A stretch of DNA of 64,000 bases from Octopus sinensis. Lineage: Eukaryota. Each line of letters opens with the position of its first letter. The stretch's first letter is position 1. The stretch lies in NCBI RefSeq assembly GCF_006345805.1, contig NC_043003.1:29698001-29762000 (forward strand). The letters are read 5' to 3'. Below, piece after piece: positions 61,866-64,000 of this stretch. The notes beneath the pieces were generated by a model that was given only the letters and a program-made list of their open reading frames with translations, made no database searches and was not told where the DNA came from. The position numbers were made by a program, and so were the translations under genes.

Positions 61866-64000
61866 TCAAGGTAAGACTGAACTGACACAAATATGAGGGG
61901 GTGGGGTTGAAAAAGAAGAGCTCCTGCCCTACCTGCCTTCCTCTGAGAGGATGATGGTGGGGAATTAAGGTGTAGGGGTACAGAAGTTTGCTTGAGAATT
62001 TTATTGTAATACTATTTTGCCTTTATGTGTTCCAACCCAAAAGGATGCTGCCATACTGAGACACTATCATTTAAAAAAATTGCTTTGCCTAATGGGAGGG
62101 CATGATCCCACAATCCCAAGATTAAGAGTCTCATGCATTAGACAGAACACAAAGACACATACAAACAAACCATGTAAGTCAGTGAGAGAGAGAGAGAGAG
62201 AGAGAGTCACTACACAGTCACTTGATTTGTTAGAAATAGCAGTAATATCTTCAAATTACACCTTAAGTCTTAAATACAATGACACCCACTAGGCAGTCAC
62301 AACTGGAAGGTCTTTGATCATATGTCTGCTGGATCTGGGTTGACCTAGGGTTAAACACACTCACACACACACACACACACACACACAAAAGACAGAAATA
62401 AGACAAAAATGCTACAAAATATAAGGGAGATAAGGTGGGGGGGTTCCCCCTCCCCACTTAGCCATTGGTAAGGGGTGTTAAAGAGGGAAACAAGGTCAGA
62501 GGTGATATGTACTCTTCCAATTTAAGTGGCAGTGACACCAATTTTTGTCCCTCAACATTCAAAGGTGGGGCAGTGCCCATGATTTAGTACATCTTTTCAG
62601 ATTTACTTTTCATAGGGTAACAGTCCTGAGGCAGAAGGATTGGAATTTTATTAAAAAGATGGTGAGTGGGAAATACAGCAAGGATGAAGAGAAGGCAAGA
62701 TAGGTGGGTCTTGAAGGTGCAGGCTTATATGCATACATACCAATAGATATATACATATGATTACAGGTAAGTTCACTGCCATCAATTCATCGCAGGGAGT
62801 TCACGACCATGAATTCACTGTGAGCAAAATTTACTGAGAAAATATATCCATAGAATCTTACAATTAATAGTTAAAAACTATTTTATTGAGAAAAGAAACA
62901 GTGAATTGATGATGGTGAACTTTAGCTGCGGTGAATTGATGCTGGTGGATGTACCAGACATGTATACATACATATTTCCTTGAGAGTTTACACAGATGCT
63001 TCATCACTGCTATTTTAATCTCTTTCCCATCCTACTCTGATCACCCCAACTCTTCTAATATGTGAGTAGCCTGTTCTGCTCTGGCCCTTTCTCTCATAGT
63101 TTAATTCCTCAATTCCAAACATAAAGTTGCTTCTCTTGGGGCTCATAATTTTGCAGGCTGCAGTGACCTCACTTGTGCTGGAGGAACAAAACAAACCAAC
63201 TTTCATGTAAAGTATTTGAGAGATAGAGAATATCTATTTCTTTGGGGTCAGTTAAGTCTCTCAGGGATCTTCAAGTTACCCAATCTGCTCAATGTATTAA
63301 CAAAATCTCCCTTGGTAATCTGCTGCCTTTAAGATGGGAACCGCATGTTTTTCAAATTCTTCCCAATTCCACCTCCCCTCTCCCCATTATAAAAAAAAAT
63401 ATAATGACAAAGTGTATTAAACAAAAATAGCCATAGCTAAAATGTTATTGCTATTGCTGATGATGATGTAGTTTAACCCAGGTTCAACTTCATTCAAGCA
63501 CACCTATGATCAAAAGTATTCCAGCTATGAATACCTCACCTTTTTAGGGAATTGTCTAGAACTACATTATCTAAAAGTGTCCTAGTAATCTCTACTATGG
63601 TAGTAAGTACTTTTTCTTCTGACAATCAATACCAAACATGTGTATGTGTTTATAGATAGATACACATGCACACTATACTTTTGTTGAGCTAAACTGTTTT
63701 TGTTGAAAATAATTTTGAAAATAACGAATATGTAAGTGAAATAACTCATTAAGCTGCTGTTTGGAACTTAAATTAACATGAAATTTTGATAGCATGCTTT
63801 AATTTAGATCACATTAAAACAGGAAGTGTGCATTAGAGAACCAGAGATAGTCTCAAGCAGGTTGGTATCAAAAGGGCTAAGACTAGGGGAGAGGCATTTT
63901 GCTGCAATTTGTAGTATGTTGAATAAACTCAGAGGTTTCTTTGTTGACTCAGAATGCCAAGACAGAGATCATACCATTGCAAAGGCATGTTAGGTATACA

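Overview
AT-rich, repeat-dense eukaryotic genomic DNA. The repeat content (tRNA-like SINEs embedded in TA/CA microsatellites, RTE tails) suggests an octopus or other coleoid cephalopod; this is an inference. Two convergent spliced genes can be reconstructed with continuous reading frames. On +, the last three coding exons of signal peptide peptidase (HM13/SPP; QPALLY motif, C-terminal KKAQ) lie at 151-1673. On -, eight coding exons of a SLAIN-family microtubule plus-end protein lie at 58491 down to 14081, ending DDSWKEGCF; its 5' part is beyond the window. Nearly all ORFs in the supplied track are microsatellite or transposon artefacts. The introns and intergenic DNA hold SINEs, RTE and R4/Dong LINE fragments, a Tc1 relic, a mariner element built from two left ends, TTAA MITEs and minisatellites. 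The first notable find is an almost canonical type I hammerhead ribozyme at 9197-9247 between the two genes, with an inverted partner copy that starts at the predicted cleavage site, a Penelope/retrozyme-like layout. The second is a young 1.4-kb fold-back array of a 484-bp Helitron/HINE-like unit at 49701-51110 in a SLAIN intron, able to form about 460 bp of near-perfect dsRNA (an assembly artefact is not excluded). Repeat boundaries are approximate; exon boundaries were read base by base.
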